64,000 nucleotides of DNA from an uncultured Actinomycetota bacterium (lineage in GTDB: Bacteria > Actinomycetota > Thermoleophilia > RBG-16-64-13): the NCBI GenBank assembly GCA_963721365.1, contig CAVRJE010000025.1, positions 21,838 through 85,837 of the forward strand, written 5' to 3'. The notes beneath the pieces are model-generated. The model worked only from the letters and a program-made list of their open reading frames with translations. It ran no database searches and was not told the origin of the DNA. This document shows positions 30,076 to 40,328 of this stretch, piece after piece (the stretch's first letter is position 1; each line of letters starts with the position of its first letter). The position numbers and the translations under genes are program-made.

Positions 30076-31388
30076 ATGAGGGCCAACCTGGTCAGCCCGT
30101 CATCTTCACAGCTGTCGTACGCCATCCGCGAGATCGTCGCGTTCGGCGAAGTCGTGCGCCGCCACGGCGTCGACGTCACCTGGGAGAACATCGGCGACCC
30201 GATCGCCAAAGGCGAGCGGGTCGCGCCCTGGATCCGCGATATCGCCCACGAGGTGGTCGATATCGAAGACTCCTGGGGCTACTGTCCCACCGAAGGCTTC
30301 ATGGAAGCCCGCGAGGCCCTCGCCGAGCACGTCAACCGGCGCCGCGGCGCCCGGGTGTCGGCCTCCGACATCATCTTCTTCAACGGCGTCGCCGACGCGG
30401 TGTCCAAGGTCTACGGTTTCTTGAGCGCCCACGCCCGGGTCATCGGTCCCTCTCCTGCCTACAGCACGCATTCCTCGGCCGAGTCGGCCCATTGCGCCCT
30501 TCCGCACATCACCTACGATCTCGATCCGGAGAACGGGTGGATGCCGGACCTCGTCGACCTGCGCCGCAAGATCCAGACCTACCCCTCCATCGCCGGCATC
30601 CTCATCATCAACCCCAACAACCCCACCGGAGCCGTCTACCCGCCCGAGGTGCTCGAGGAGATCGTCGCGCTCGCCCGGGAGTTCGGCCTGTTCCTGCGTT
30701 GCCGACGAGATCTACATCCACATGGTGTTTCCCGGGCGTCGAGACCGCCCACCTGTCCGAAGTGGCCACCGACGTGCCCGCCATCGTCATGCGGGGGATC
30801 TCCAAAGAGCTGCCCTGGCCGGGATCGCGCTGCGGATGGATAGAGGTGCTGAACCGCTCGATGGATCAGAACTTCTCCGCCTATGTCGATTCGGTGGTGG
30901 CCGCCAAGCGCCTGGAGGTCTGCTCCACCAGCGGCCCGCAGCTGACCGTCCCCCGGATCTTCGGCGACCCGCGCTATGCCGGCCACCTGGAGGAGCGCGC
31001 GCGCGTCTTCGCCGCGCGCGCCGACGAGGCCTACGAAGCCCTGCGCGGCGTCTCCGGTCTGCGGGTGAACCCTGCCCAGGGCGCTTTCTACATGACGGCC
31101 CTGTTCGAGCCCCGGGTGTTGGAGGGCGACAACCGCCTGCCGATCGCGAACCCGGAACTACAGGAAATAGTGGAGCAGGCAGTGCGTGGGAGCCGCCCTG
31201 GACGCCCGCTTCGTCTACCGCCTGCTCGCTTCGACGGGCATCTGCGTGGTGCCGCTGAGCGGGTTCTGCTCGCCTCACCCCGGCTTCCGCTTCACCCTGC
31301 TCGAGACCGACGACGCCAAACGGGCCTGGATCTTCCGCACCCTGGCGGACGCGGTCACGGCCTACATCGAGAGCGGCTGCGGAGCTAG
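30076..31388 (+). CDS. Class I/II aminotransferase (alanine aminotransferase AlaA-like); about 3 frame breaks
   Basis: LSYAIREIVAFGE...WENIGDPIAKGE...ILIINPNNPTGAVYPPEVLEEIV...RGISKELPWPGSRCGWIEV...FRFTLLETDD. Assembled from ORFs 30076.., 30492.. and 31186... The 3' end is approximate. Confidence 0.8.
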
Positions 31389-31398
31389 GGGAGCGCGT

Positions 31399-31504
31399 CA
31401 TACCTTTCCCCCGGCTGCGCGCGCGGGGAGGGCCGCATACCTTCCCCTCCGGCTGCGCGCAAAAGCCTGCGCGACTCCTCCCCGGGAAGGCATGCGGCCC
31501 TCCC
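31399..31504. repeat. Repeat-rich intergenic spacer (direct plus inverted repeats)
   Basis: Direct: CATACCTTTCCCCCGGCTGCGCGC (31399-31422) and CATACCTTCCCCTCCGGCTGCGCGC (31436-31460). Inverted: GGGAGGGCCGCAT (31426-31438) and ATGCGGCCCTCCC (31492-31504), perfect 13 bp. Confidence 0.8.
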
Positions 31505-31563
31505 TCTCACATGTAGCTAGGGCTGGCGCTGCTTCGCACCGCTCCGCCGTATGAAGCAGCGTC

Positions 31564-32006
31564 CTACCTGTACAAGCTGTCGCACTGCTCGCGCAGCACG
31601 CCGCCGATGACCTCGATGACTCGGGGCGACCGCTCCGCGATCTCGGCCGCTCCCACGAGTATCCTCGTCCGGCCCATCGCAGCCGTGTCGGCGATGGACG
31701 AGCCGAACATGATCGTGGTCACCCCAGCCCAGACGGCCAGCCCGGTGCACATGGGGCAGGGCTCGCAGGTGGAGACCAGCAGCGCGCCGGTGAGATCGGG
31801 AGCTGCCCCAGTCCGTCACCGCCTGCAGGATGGCCGAATGCTCGGCGTGCAGGCTGGGATCGCCGCTTGACGACGGCGGTGTCGTGCGCTCGGGCGAGCA
31901 CCCGGTCGCCCAGGACCACCAGGCAGCCGTAGCCCTTGTTGCCCTCAGCCTTGGCGAGCAGCGCCTCCGTCGATCGGCGTCGCGCATGATCGCTCTCCAC
32001 GTCCAC
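31564..32006 (-). CDS. CMP/dCMP-type zinc deaminase (TadA / guanine deaminase-like); about 2 frame breaks
   Basis: ...EALLAKAEGNKGYGCLVVLGDRVLARAHDTAVV...DPSLHAEHSAILQAV (H-A-E zinc motif)...LLVSTCEPCPMCTGLAVWAGVTTIMFGS (PCxxC)...VIEVIGGVLREQCDSLYR*. Assembled from ORFs 31719..32069, 31517.. and 31564..31752. The GTG start is tentative. Confidence 0.75.
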
Positions 32007-32479
32007 GCGTACGATCTGCTCCCGGCAATGGCGCGGCGTGTGGCCGTATGGCGACGTAGTCGCGGACAAAGCGGAGGCGGGGTCGAGCCTGCTGAGGAAG
32101 GTCTGGACCGGCCTCTCGGAGACAGCCCGGCAGACCTGCCTGGTATCCAGTCCTCAGCCGGCCAGCAGGCCTCGAGCGTCGGGCATGGGTCGCCCGACAG
32201 CCAGACGATGCGGTCGGCGACTCCTCGGCGACCGGCATCTGCTCGGGGGTAAGCCCCATGTAGTCGAAGAAGAGGAGCTCGTAGGCCTGCCGAGGAGAAA
32301 CCGGCGCCGGCGGGAGCGGCGCATCCGGTGCGAGGCGGGATGACCCGTGGGCGGTCAAGCCACTCGAGGCGCTTCTGGCTTCTCCGCCGCTCGAGGGCCA
32401 CCGTAGTCGCCGCGCTGCAAAGCCGCGAGCTCGCGGTCCACCACCTCCCCGCCGGCCGTGTCCCCGCCGGCCGTCTCCC
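32007..32479 (-). CDS. Fragmented ORF of uncertain identity between the VOC and deaminase genes
   Basis: Conserved-looking pieces scattered over three frames: EVVDRELAALQRGDYGG / LERRRSQKRLEWL / QAYELLFFDYMGLTPEQMPVAEESP / RIVWLSGDPCPTLEACW / GLDTRQVCRAVSERPVQTFLSRLDPRLRFVRDY. Faintly reminiscent of ATC-hydrolase-type small proteins. Boundaries unresolved. Confidence 0.25.
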
Positions 32480-32929
32480 GCTCTCCACCAGTTCGACGCA
32501 GATGCCATCCGGGTCGCGGAAGTAGCACCAGCGCCACTCCGGCCTGCCCGGGTCGCGGAGGGTGCGGACTGGGGTGTGGAAGCGCACGCCGGCGGCCTGG
32601 AGGCGGCGGACCTCGCTCTCGATATCCCGGGTGAGGATGGCGATGTGGGCCGAACCGGCCACCGACGGGTCGCCGGGATACGGCTCGGTCGCCGGCTGCA
32701 CGTATTGGATGAACTCCACGCGGGTGCCACCCAGTTCCATGTCGGCGATGAGGATCTCGGCGCCGCTATCCTCCCGCGCCTCCGCCCCGAACAGGGCCGT
32801 CCCCAGATCTCCGGCCTGCCGGTGCTTGCGACCTACCAGCCGCATGCCCACCACGTTCTGGTAGAAGTCCACGGTCCGCTCGAGGTCGGTAACGGTGAAG
32901 CTCACATGGTGGATTCCGGCGATCGTCAT
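32480..32929 (-). CDS. VOC / glyoxalase-bleomycin resistance-dioxygenase family protein; 3' end unresolved
   Basis: MTIAGIHHVSFTVTDLERTVDFYQNVVGMRLVG...GSAHIAILTRDIESEVRRLQAAGVRFH...WCYFRDPDGICVELVE. The stop is lost in the given frame (the ORF runs on to 31517). Confidence 0.75.
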
Positions 32930-32964
32930 GGTATGCAGGGGTCGTGGCGGCCCGGCCTCGCCGG

Positions 32965-33352
32965 TCAGCGTATGCCCGAGTCGTAGTCCACGCGTACGGT
33001 GGTGAATCGACCGGGCGCGACGGTGAAATTCTGGGGTTGGGCGATGGGGAGGGGGTCGCCGTTCACCGGTTCGAGGATGTAGTCGCCGGGGGGCAGGGCG
33101 ACGCGGAAGGAGCCGTCGGCCGCAGACCTCGTCTCGGCCACCACCTTCCCGCCGGAAGCCTTCTTGATCCGCAGGGCGGCTGCGTAGGGAGCGTCATTCT
33201 GCACTCCGGGCTGCTCCACGGGGTTGACCGGTCCCATACGCACCTCACCCTGCACGCCGCTGTCGGTGACGGCTTTCTTCTCCGCATGCGGCGGCAAGAA
33301 CGAGCATAGCCGCGAGGGCGACCAAGGCAAGGACAGGCACGAGGCGTCTCAT
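32965..33352 (-). CDS. Small lipoprotein, all-beta (carboxypeptidase-regulatory-like); one frame break
   Basis: ATG 33352: MRRLVPVLALVALAAMLVLAAACGEE (lipobox LAAAC). A shift at the T3 run 33274-33276 joins ORF 32965..33330 (...AVTDSGVQGEV...DGSFRVALPPGDYILEPV...TTVRVDYDSGIR). Confidence 0.6.
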
Positions 33353-33394
33353 GGGCCTACCTTCTCACATCTCCGCCCGGTATGCTGAGCCAGG

Positions 33395-34309
33395 ATGAAG
33401 GGGACGATGCGCACGAGCAGGGCCGCAGGTGTGGCCGCAAGCGCCGCGGCCTATGTGGCCGCGCTGGCCGTCGCGGTGCTGGTGGTCGGCGTCAGCGGGT
33501 TGGCGGCGCCGCTTGCCCAGCTCGCTCTGGGCACGCTGGTCGCGACCGTGGTGATCTTCGTCTGCCTCCGTGGCTCTCGACAACTCCAGCATGTACGACC
33601 CGTATTGGAGCCTGCAGCCGCTTGCCATCGCCGGCTACTACGCGTGGGCGAGCTGGGGGGAACTCAGCGGCCGTCAGATCCTGGTGACCGTCCTGGTCCT
33701 GCTCTACGCGCTCAGGCTCACCAGCAACTTCTACCGCGACTGGCCGGGTCTGGCAAAGGAAGACTTCCGCTACGTGGACTTCCGCCGGCGGTTCGGCCGC
33801 CTCTACTGGCCGGTCAGCTTCCTGGGGATACATCTCTTCCCGACGATCATGGTCTTCCTCGGCTGCCTGCCGATGTACGCGATCTCGAGGCCCGGCGTCG
33901 ACGGTCTCCGCTGGTTGGACGCGGTCGCCACGCTCGTCACCCTCGGTGCGATCGGCCTGGCCTTCGTCGCGGACGAGCAGCTACGCAGCTTCCGCCGCGA
34001 TCCGGCCGATCGAGGACGCTGCATACGCACCGGCCTGTGGGCCCGCAGCCGGCACCCGAACTACCTGGGCGAGATCGCCACCTGGTGGGGGTTCTGGCTC
34101 TTCGCGCTCGCCGCCGGGCCGGCCTGGTGGTGGACCGGAGCCGGAGCGGCGGCCATCACTCTGATGTTCGTGTTCGTCAGCGTGCCCATGATGGAGAAGC
34201 GGGCGCTCGCCACGCGCACCGGCTATGGAGAATACCGCGCGCGGACGCCGATGCTTCTGCCCGGGCTGCGGCACGGCCAGCCGCGGCGGAGGGCGACGGG
34301 GGCAGGTAA
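33395..34309 (+). CDS. DUF1295 / steroid 5-alpha-reductase-like membrane protein; 1-2 frame breaks
   Basis: N-terminal TM in ORF 33395... A shift near 33570 joins ORF 33570.. (NSSMYDPYWSLQP...LRLTSNFYRDWPGLAKEDFRY...GLWARSRHPNYLGEIATWWGFWL...PMMEKR). The 3' end is approximate. Confidence 0.7.
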   Translation: MKGTMRTSRAAGVAASAAAYVAALAVAVLVVGVSGLAAPLAQLALGTLVATVVIFVCLRGSRQLQHVRPVLEPAAACHRRLLRVGELGGTQRPSDPGDRPGPALRAQAHQQLLPRLAGSGKGRLPLRGLPPAVRPPLLAGQLPGDTSLPDDHGLPRLPADVRDLEARRRRSPLVGRGRHARHPRCDRPGLRRGRAATQLPPRSGRSRTLHTHRPVGPQPAPELPGRDRHLVGVLALRARRRAGLVVDRSRSGGHHSDVRVRQRAHDGEAGARHAHRLWRIPRADADASARAAARPAAAEGDGGR

Positions 34310-34421
34310 CGACGGGGCGCCGGCCATCAGAGGCGCCGTCGCTGTCGCGTCGGCACGGGGCGCCGGCTTCGGGAGCGGCAGCACCGGGCCCCTCCGAGGC
34401 GCCGGCCGCCGGGCGGGCCTG

Positions 34422-34877
34422 CTACTCCTTGCGCCACTCCTCGCCCACCTCCAGAGCAGTGGCATGCAGAGCCTTGTTGATGTCGCGGATGAACATCACG
34501 AGCGAACCGATGAGGCACACCATGCTCACGATGAAGAGTCCCGCGATGAGCCAGGCTACCTCGACGTCGAAGAGGGCGGTGACGAACAAGGAGATGATCA
34601 GCAGCGCCACGAACAGCACACAGAACGCGGCAAGGCCTATCGCCCAGCGCACCAACTCGGCGCGCTGGTGGAGGATCCGGAGTTGAGCGCGCGCCTTCTC
34701 TCGCTCGTCGCCGGCGGTCGTCTTGGCCTGGTGGGCGAGGGCGCGGGAGCGGTCGACGATCCTGGCGAGGCGGTTGGTCATCGTCAGGAGCAGAAGACCG
34801 ACGCCCGAGATCACCACCACTGGACCGACGGCGGTCTGCAGAACGGTGACGAGTTGGGATGTCTCTAGCGTGTCCAC
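34422..34877 (-). CDS. DUF2721-like membrane protein
   Basis: GTG 34877 after AGGAGG: VDTLETSQLVTVLQTAVGPVVVISGVGLLLLTMTNRLARIVDRSRAL...two C-terminal TM helices. Matches the remembered DUF2721 layout. Confidence 0.6.
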   Translation of the reverse strand: MDTLETSQLVTVLQTAVGPVVVISGVGLLLLTMTNRLARIVDRSRALAHQAKTTAGDEREKARAQLRILHQRAELVRWAIGLAAFCVLFVALLIISLFVTALFDVEVAWLIAGLFIVSMVCLIGSLVMFIRDINKALHATALEVGEEWRKE

Positions 34878-34888
34878 GGGCTGCCTCC

Positions 34889-35392
34889 TCACTCGACCAG
34901 ATCGAGAGCCTTTCCCAGCCAATAGTCGGCGCTGGCACCCGACCATTGCCGCACCTGCTCTGCCGACAGCGGGCCCGCGGTCTGCTCCGTCAATGCTGGG
35001 TGCAGGATCCGCCAGTAACCCTGCGAGCCGCGGACCGCCGGGTCCCAGGCCTGGTCGAGCTCGGCCCGCCACGCCTCGCGCGAAGCGGAAAGGCAGTCGA
35101 GCGTGTTGGCGAGAGCGATATGCAGGCGCGTCTCGGCCGGGTTGGTCACCGCCATGTTCTTCGCCTCCACAATCGCCACGGCCAGCGACTCGCTGAAGGC
35201 GTCATAGTCGCCGGCGCCTGTCCCCGAGGCGGCGCTCCGCGCCTCGGCGACGGCAGCTACCGCGGCCCGCCCGCCCTTTCCAGGCGCGGCTATGCCGGCT
35301 TCCTTCTGATAGTTCGACACCACGAGCGTCGCCACCGCCATAATGACGATGGCCGCGGGGAGCATTATCCATGCCAGGTGCTTTCGTCCCAT
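34889..35392 (-). CDS. Membrane-anchored hypothetical protein
   Basis: Intact 167-aa ORF with an N-terminal TM (HLAWIMLPAAIVIMAVATLVVS). No family recognised. Confidence 0.5.
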   Translation of the reverse strand: MGRKHLAWIMLPAAIVIMAVATLVVSNYQKEAGIAAPGKGGRAAVAAVAEARSAASGTGAGDYDAFSESLAVAIVEAKNMAVTNPAETRLHIALANTLDCLSASREAWRAELDQAWDPAVRGSQGYWRILHPALTEQTAGPLSAEQVRQWSGASADYWLGKALDLVE

Positions 35393-35458
35393 GCAGTGCG
35401 ATAATAGCCTCTATGGGCGATTGGGATATCGATTCTCCTGTAAAAGGCGACTCTTCGC

Positions 35459-36080
35459 GTGGGCAGCCGCCGCCGCTCGGCGGATCCGCCGCCGGCCCGG
35501 GCCTCTCCGCCCGGCCCGCCGTCGGCATCCGGCGGGTCTGTCTCACCGGCACCTACGCCGAACACATCCGTGCCGCGCAAGCGCCGGGTCCGTCTCTCCT
35601 ACGGGTGGCTGGGCATCGCCGTGATCATGCTTCTCGTCGGGCTCATGGCCGGGTTCTACATCGCCCGCTTCCAGACTTCGGGCAACGAAGCCGCTCTTGC
35701 CGACGCGAAAGCCCGCCTGGGCGAGCTAGCAGACCGCGGTCTCCCAGTCGGAAGACCGGAACTGGACGTTCTACCGGGCTAACAAAGCCCTCAAGGAGGA
35801 GCTCAGCCAGGCGAGCGCCTCCACTTCGACGACCGCCCCATCGGCGAACGCCAAGGGCACGTACGGGCCCGGCGTCTACCTCGTCGGCGAGGACATCCCG
35901 GCGGGGATGTACGACGGCGTGGTGAACGGCAGCATCGGCTACTGGGCCCGCCTCAAAGGCACCGATGGCGCTATCGCGTCCATCATCGAGAACGGCATTC
36001 CAAAGGGGCCCTTTGTCCTCACGATCGAATCAGCGGACAAGGCGGTCGAACTGCGCGGCGTGACTCTGACCGAGCGCTAG
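35459..36080 (+). CDS. Membrane-anchored hypothetical protein with a C-terminal GTYGPG...YWARL domain; one frame break; start uncertain
   Basis: TM WLGIAVIMLLVGLMAGFYIA in ORF 35459... A shift near 35750 gives ...NKALKEELSQASASTSTTAPSANAKGTYGPGVYLVGEDIPAGMYDGVVNGSIGYWARLKGTDGAIASIIENG...AVELRGVTLTER* (TAG 36078-36080). The second part has no Met and so is missing from the ORF track. Confidence 0.5.
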
Positions 36081-36124
36081 AAGTCGACCGACTGAGAGGG
36101 GCGGCACGTCGCCGGACGTGCGTC

Positions 36125-36484
36125 CTACCGGCAGAAGCCCACCGTCGGCGCGTAGAACTTGGCGCCCAGGCCGCCGAGCATCTCCTTGATCTGCGGGCTC
36201 GGGTCGCCGAGCACGATCATCTCCTGCAGCGGCGAGACGGCGAGCATGTCGTGCAACTTCGGCCCCAGGTTGGAGAAGTGCAGGAGGAAGTCCTCGGAGC
36301 TCCCGTAGTACTCGTTCAGGTAGCAGCTCGTGCCGGCTTCGTCGACGAACCATTCGTAGCCGAGAGTGGTGGGCTCGTTTTCTTCAACGCCACAGGTCAG
36401 GTCCTCGGCCATCTTCTTGAAGTCATCCAGCTTGCCCGGCATGATGCCCTGGCGGACGATCAGACGGATAGATCCAGCGGTCAT
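36125..36484 (-). CDS. ABM-like (dimeric alpha/beta barrel) protein
   Basis: From ATG 36484: MTAGSIRLIVRQGIMPGKLDDFKKMAEDLTCGVEENEPTTLGYEWFVDEAGTSCYLNEYYGSSEDFLLH. 119 aa. The family call is tentative. Confidence 0.5.
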   Translation of the reverse strand: MTAGSIRLIVRQGIMPGKLDDFKKMAEDLTCGVEENEPTTLGYEWFVDEAGTSCYLNEYYGSSEDFLLHFSNLGPKLHDMLAVSPLQEMIVLGDPSPQIKEMLGGLGAKFYAPTVGFCR

Positions 36485-36622
36485 GGAGCGACTCCTTTGT
36501 GCTGATCGAGTGGGACAACCCATGGTAGCAGTCAGGCTATCCGACGGGTCGAGAGAAGGTACACTTGGAGACAGGGTGGGCATACCACCCGGGGGCGATC
36601 GGGAGGCCAGAGGGAGGACGGA

Positions 36623-37574
36623 GTGGCTGAGACTATCGATATCGCGATCGTGGGCGGAGGACCTGCCGGGCTGACGGCGGCTATCTACGCCGCGAGGGCA
36701 AGGGTCAAGACGGTCGTGTACGAGGCCGCCTTCCCCGGAGGGCAGATCGTCTCCGCCTCCTGGGTGGAGAACTACCCGGGCTTTCCCAACGGCGTGAGCG
36801 GCCAGGATCTGGGCGACCTGATGCACCGGCAGGCCGAGGCCGCGGGCGCCGAGTTCCACAACATCTCTCCCGTCGAGGCGATCCGCCGGAACGGACAGGA
36901 CTTCGTGCTCACCGTCGATGGCAAGGACGTGGACGCTCGCGCGGTCATCCTCGCTACCGGAGCCATCCCCAAGAAGCTAGGTAGTTCCGGGCGAGGCGGA
37001 TTTCACCGGCCGCGGCGTGTCGTGGTGCGCCACCTGTGACGGTCCCCTCTACCGCGACAAGACCGTCGCCGTCGTGGGAGGCGGAGACTCGGCCACGCAG
37101 GAGTCGCTCTACCTCGCGAAGATCGCCAAAGAGGTGCATCTCATCCACCGCCGTGAGGAACTGCGAGCCACCGAGTGTCTGCAGGAGGAGTGCTTCTTCA
37201 ATCCCCAGATCGTCATGCATCTCTCCCACACCATCTCGGAGATCGTGGGGGAGGGTGGGAAGGTGGCTGGAGTGCGGCTGGTGTCGAAGGCGGACGGTAG
37301 CGAGACCCTGCTGCCTGTGGACGGGATCTTCGAATTCGTGGGGATCGATGCGCAAAGCGGGCTCGTGGCGGATCTGTGTGAGCTGGACGAAGCCGGCTTC
37401 GTCAAGGTCGACCGGAATGGACTGACCTCGTGCCCGGGACTGTACGCCGCCGGAGATGTGGCCGACTACGAGCTGAAACAGGTGGTCACTGCCTGCGCCC
37501 GCGGAGCCTTCGCCGCCTACCACGCCGCTCACTATTTGGAGTCGCGGGTCGGGTCGGGGGGCCGCAACTCCTGA
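36623..37574 (+). CDS. trxB: Thioredoxin-disulfide reductase; one frame break near 36980
   Basis: IDIAIVGGGPAGLTAAIYAARA...VENYPGFP...ATGA.PKKLG, then a shift, then GVSWCATCDGPLYRDKTVAVVGGGDSA (CATC redox site)...GLYAAGDV. Confidence 0.88.
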
Positions 37575-38982
37575 TCGCACAGCTGGCTGATGTTGACGAC
37601 CTCGGCCTCGATGCCCGCCTGCTTGAGCCCGTAGGCGAGCTGCATCATGCAGGACGGGCACTCGGTCGCGACCACAGTTCGCCCCGGTGTCCTTGATGAA
37701 GCCCATCTTCCGTTCGATGATCGCAGCCGACGTCTCCGGGTGGAGCACCCCGTAGGTGCCGGCCGCTCCGCAGCAGGAGTCTGACTCCGCGGCTTCCCGG
37801 AACTCGTAGCCTTCGAGCGAGCGCAGGATCTGCCGCGGCTGAGCGGTGACGTTCTGATACCGCCGGCCCAGGTGGCAGGGCTCGTGGTAGGTGATGACGA
37901 TGGCTTCCCGTTCGGCGGCACCCGCCCCGGAAGGCTGCGCTCGGCGCCGCGGCCGGCAGCGCCGCCGCCCCGCGCGCTCCCGCAACGGCTCCGGCTGCCG
38001 CCAGCCCGCCGCGTTCCTCGACGAACTCGCTGAAGCTGCGCACCTTCTTGGTCAGTAGCGCAGCCCGCTCCGCCCACTCCGGGTCTTCTGCCAGCAGCTC
38101 GGCGTACTCCTTGAGGTGCCCCGAGCAACTCCCACATTCCGAGACGATCGCGTCGAACCGCTCCACGTCCCCGAGGCGGCGCAGGTTCTCGCGGGCGAGG
38201 TTCGCCGCCGCTTCGAGGTCGCCGTACCCATAGGCGGCCAGCCCGCAGCAGCAGTTGTCGAGCACCTCCACCCGATTCCCCAGACGTTCGAGGACCCTGA
38301 CCGTCGCCTCTCCGACCTCCGGCAGCACGTAGTTGTAGCCGCAGGACATCCAGTAGCCGACGAGAGGCGTCGCGGAGCCGGAGCCGGCGCGGGTGCCGGG
38401 CGCGGCCGGTCCTTCAGGCGGGAATAGAGGAGCGGTCCCGGGGTGCCTTCGCGCAACTCCATCGCCCGCTCCAACTTCGGGTTGAGCAGGCCGATCAAGC
38501 CGGCCCGGCGGGCCAGGTCGGGCAGGCCGGTCCTGCGCATGACCCAGGTGGCCTGGACCGAGCCCGCGCATCAGCCGGGGCCGGGGGAGCAGGAAGCGGA
38601 AGACGCCGCGCTGCAGGAGGCCCCGCCCAAAACGGTCCGCGTAGGCGTGGCGGAAGGAGATGACGACCTTGTCGGTCTTGACCGCCGAGAAGCAGCTCTC
38701 CGTGCAGGCCCGGCAGAGCAGGCAGTTCGCGAAGGCCTCCTTGGTGTCGGGCCCTATCTCGGTCCGTTCCTCGACGATGTTGCGGAACAGCGCGACCTTG
38801 CCCCGGGCCACGTTCGCCTCTCGCCCGGTCGCCCTGAAGATCGGGCACGCGGGCTGGCAGAAGCCGCACTTGCCGCAGGTGACGACGTGGTCGTAGAGCG
38901 CCTGGAACTCCTCGGGCGGCGCCGCTTTTTCGGCGGCGCCCTTGTTCTCGGCCGCCGTTGGCTGAGCTGCCTGGCCGCTCAT
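37532..38982 (-). CDS. glcF: Glycolate oxidase iron-sulfur subunit-like (GlcF); at least 3 frame breaks
   Basis: ATG 38982: ...VTCGKCGFCQPACPIF...CLLCRACTESC (two 4Fe-4S motifs), CCG domains (VLDNCCCGLAAYGYG; ESDSCCGAAGTYG), ...VATECPSCMMQLAYGL. The last 43 nt overlap the trxB 3' end (convergent). Confidence 0.75.
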
Positions 38983-40328
38983 CAGATACCTCCCACGAAA
39001 CGGCCGGGATTGAGCACGCCTTTGGGGTCGAAGCGCTCCTTGATGCGCTTCATCAGCGTCAGTGCCGGGCCCACGTCTCCCCAGGCGTCGTAGCCGGACG
39101 GCAGCAGGCCGGCTCCGCCGGTGACGAAGAGCGAACCGCCCATGCGGGCCGCATCGCCGCGCATCTGCGAGAGACAGGCGGCGAACCCAGTCTGCACGGG
39201 ACGCCTGGTGCGCCGAAGTCCTCTTCCGTGCCGCCGTCTCCTCGCGCCCGGCGGTGAACAGAAGGTCCACGCGCCCGCGGGCCGCGCCGGCACGATAGCC
39301 GACGGTCAGCCCGTTCGCGCCCGCGTAGCGTCTGAGCCGCCAGGATCACGTCGAGCGCCCGGCTGATGGGGACGCTTGCCCGCAGCCCGAGGCGGACTGC
39401 GTCACCGCTGCCGTCGCTCGCCCCCGCGGCTCCAACGTCGGCCAGATGCTCGTAGAGCGCCTCGGCGGCCGCGTCCCGAAGTACCTGGGGGGCCGCTCCG
39501 GAGTGGGCTTCCGTCACCTCTCGTATCGAGCGGTCGACCGCGGCCCGGTGCCCGGCAAACCCGGCCAGCAGCAAGGGACGGGCCCCGGCGGCCGGCGCGC
39601 CCGCTGTCGCCGGGGCGGCCACGCCGCGCCCGGCCGGGAGCTTGGCCGTGCTGACTCGCAAGGTCGGGGGGAAGGGCGTCGGCCGACACCACCTCGAGGG
39701 CCAGGGGCTGCAGATAGGAGGCGAGCACACGGGCCACGCTCGTCTTGGCTTCCTCCAGCGATGGAAGCGGCAAGACCATCAGCGCCTGGGTGTCGTATCG
39801 CGGGAGGAGCCGGAACGTGACCTCGGTGATGACCCCCAAGACCCCGAAAGACCCCAGGAACAGCTTGGTCATGTCGTACCCGCTGACGTTCTTCATGGTG
39901 CGCCCGCCGAACTTGACGGCACTGCCGTCGGCCAGGGTGGCGCGGATGCCGAGCACCACGTCCCTCAACCCGCCGTAACCGGCCGCCCGGGCCCCCTGAT
40001 CGCCGGTGGCCGCCACTCCTCCGATCGTGGCCCGGCCGGGGCGGCCCGGGTCGAGGGGGAGGATGCGGTTGACGGCGTCGGCCTGCGCGCGGGCTTCGGC
40101 CACGGTCGTACCCGCCGCCGCCGAGAGGGTCAGGTTGTCGGCATCGACATCGGTACAGCCGTGCAGACCGGCCGTGCTCACCAGCAGGTCGAAGCGGCCG
40201 GGATTGCCCCACTCCTGTTTGGTCGACCCGCCGGCGATGCGACAGGCGGCGCCGTCGCTGTTCGCCTGGGCGAGGATCTCGCCAAGCTGCGCCTCGTCGG
40301 CAGGGCGTTTCACTGGTTCGCTAGGCAC
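38982..40328 (-). CDS. glcE: Glycolate oxidase FAD-binding subunit-like (GlcE); at least 3 frame breaks
   Basis: GTG 40328 (overlaps the glcD stop, GTGCCTAG): ...CRIAGGSTKQEWGNP...TIGGVAATGDQGARAAGYGGLRDVVLG...GGRTMKNVSGYDMTKLFLGSFGVLGVITEVTFRLLP...C-terminus MKRIKERFDPKGVLNPGRFVGGI. Confidence 0.7.

Noticed and set aside
37532-37574. 43-nt convergent overlap of the trxB and glcF 3' ends as an antisense regulatory arrangement
   Set aside because: Both tails are non-conserved extensions, and indels are frequent here, so either stop may be misplaced. There is no supporting structure.
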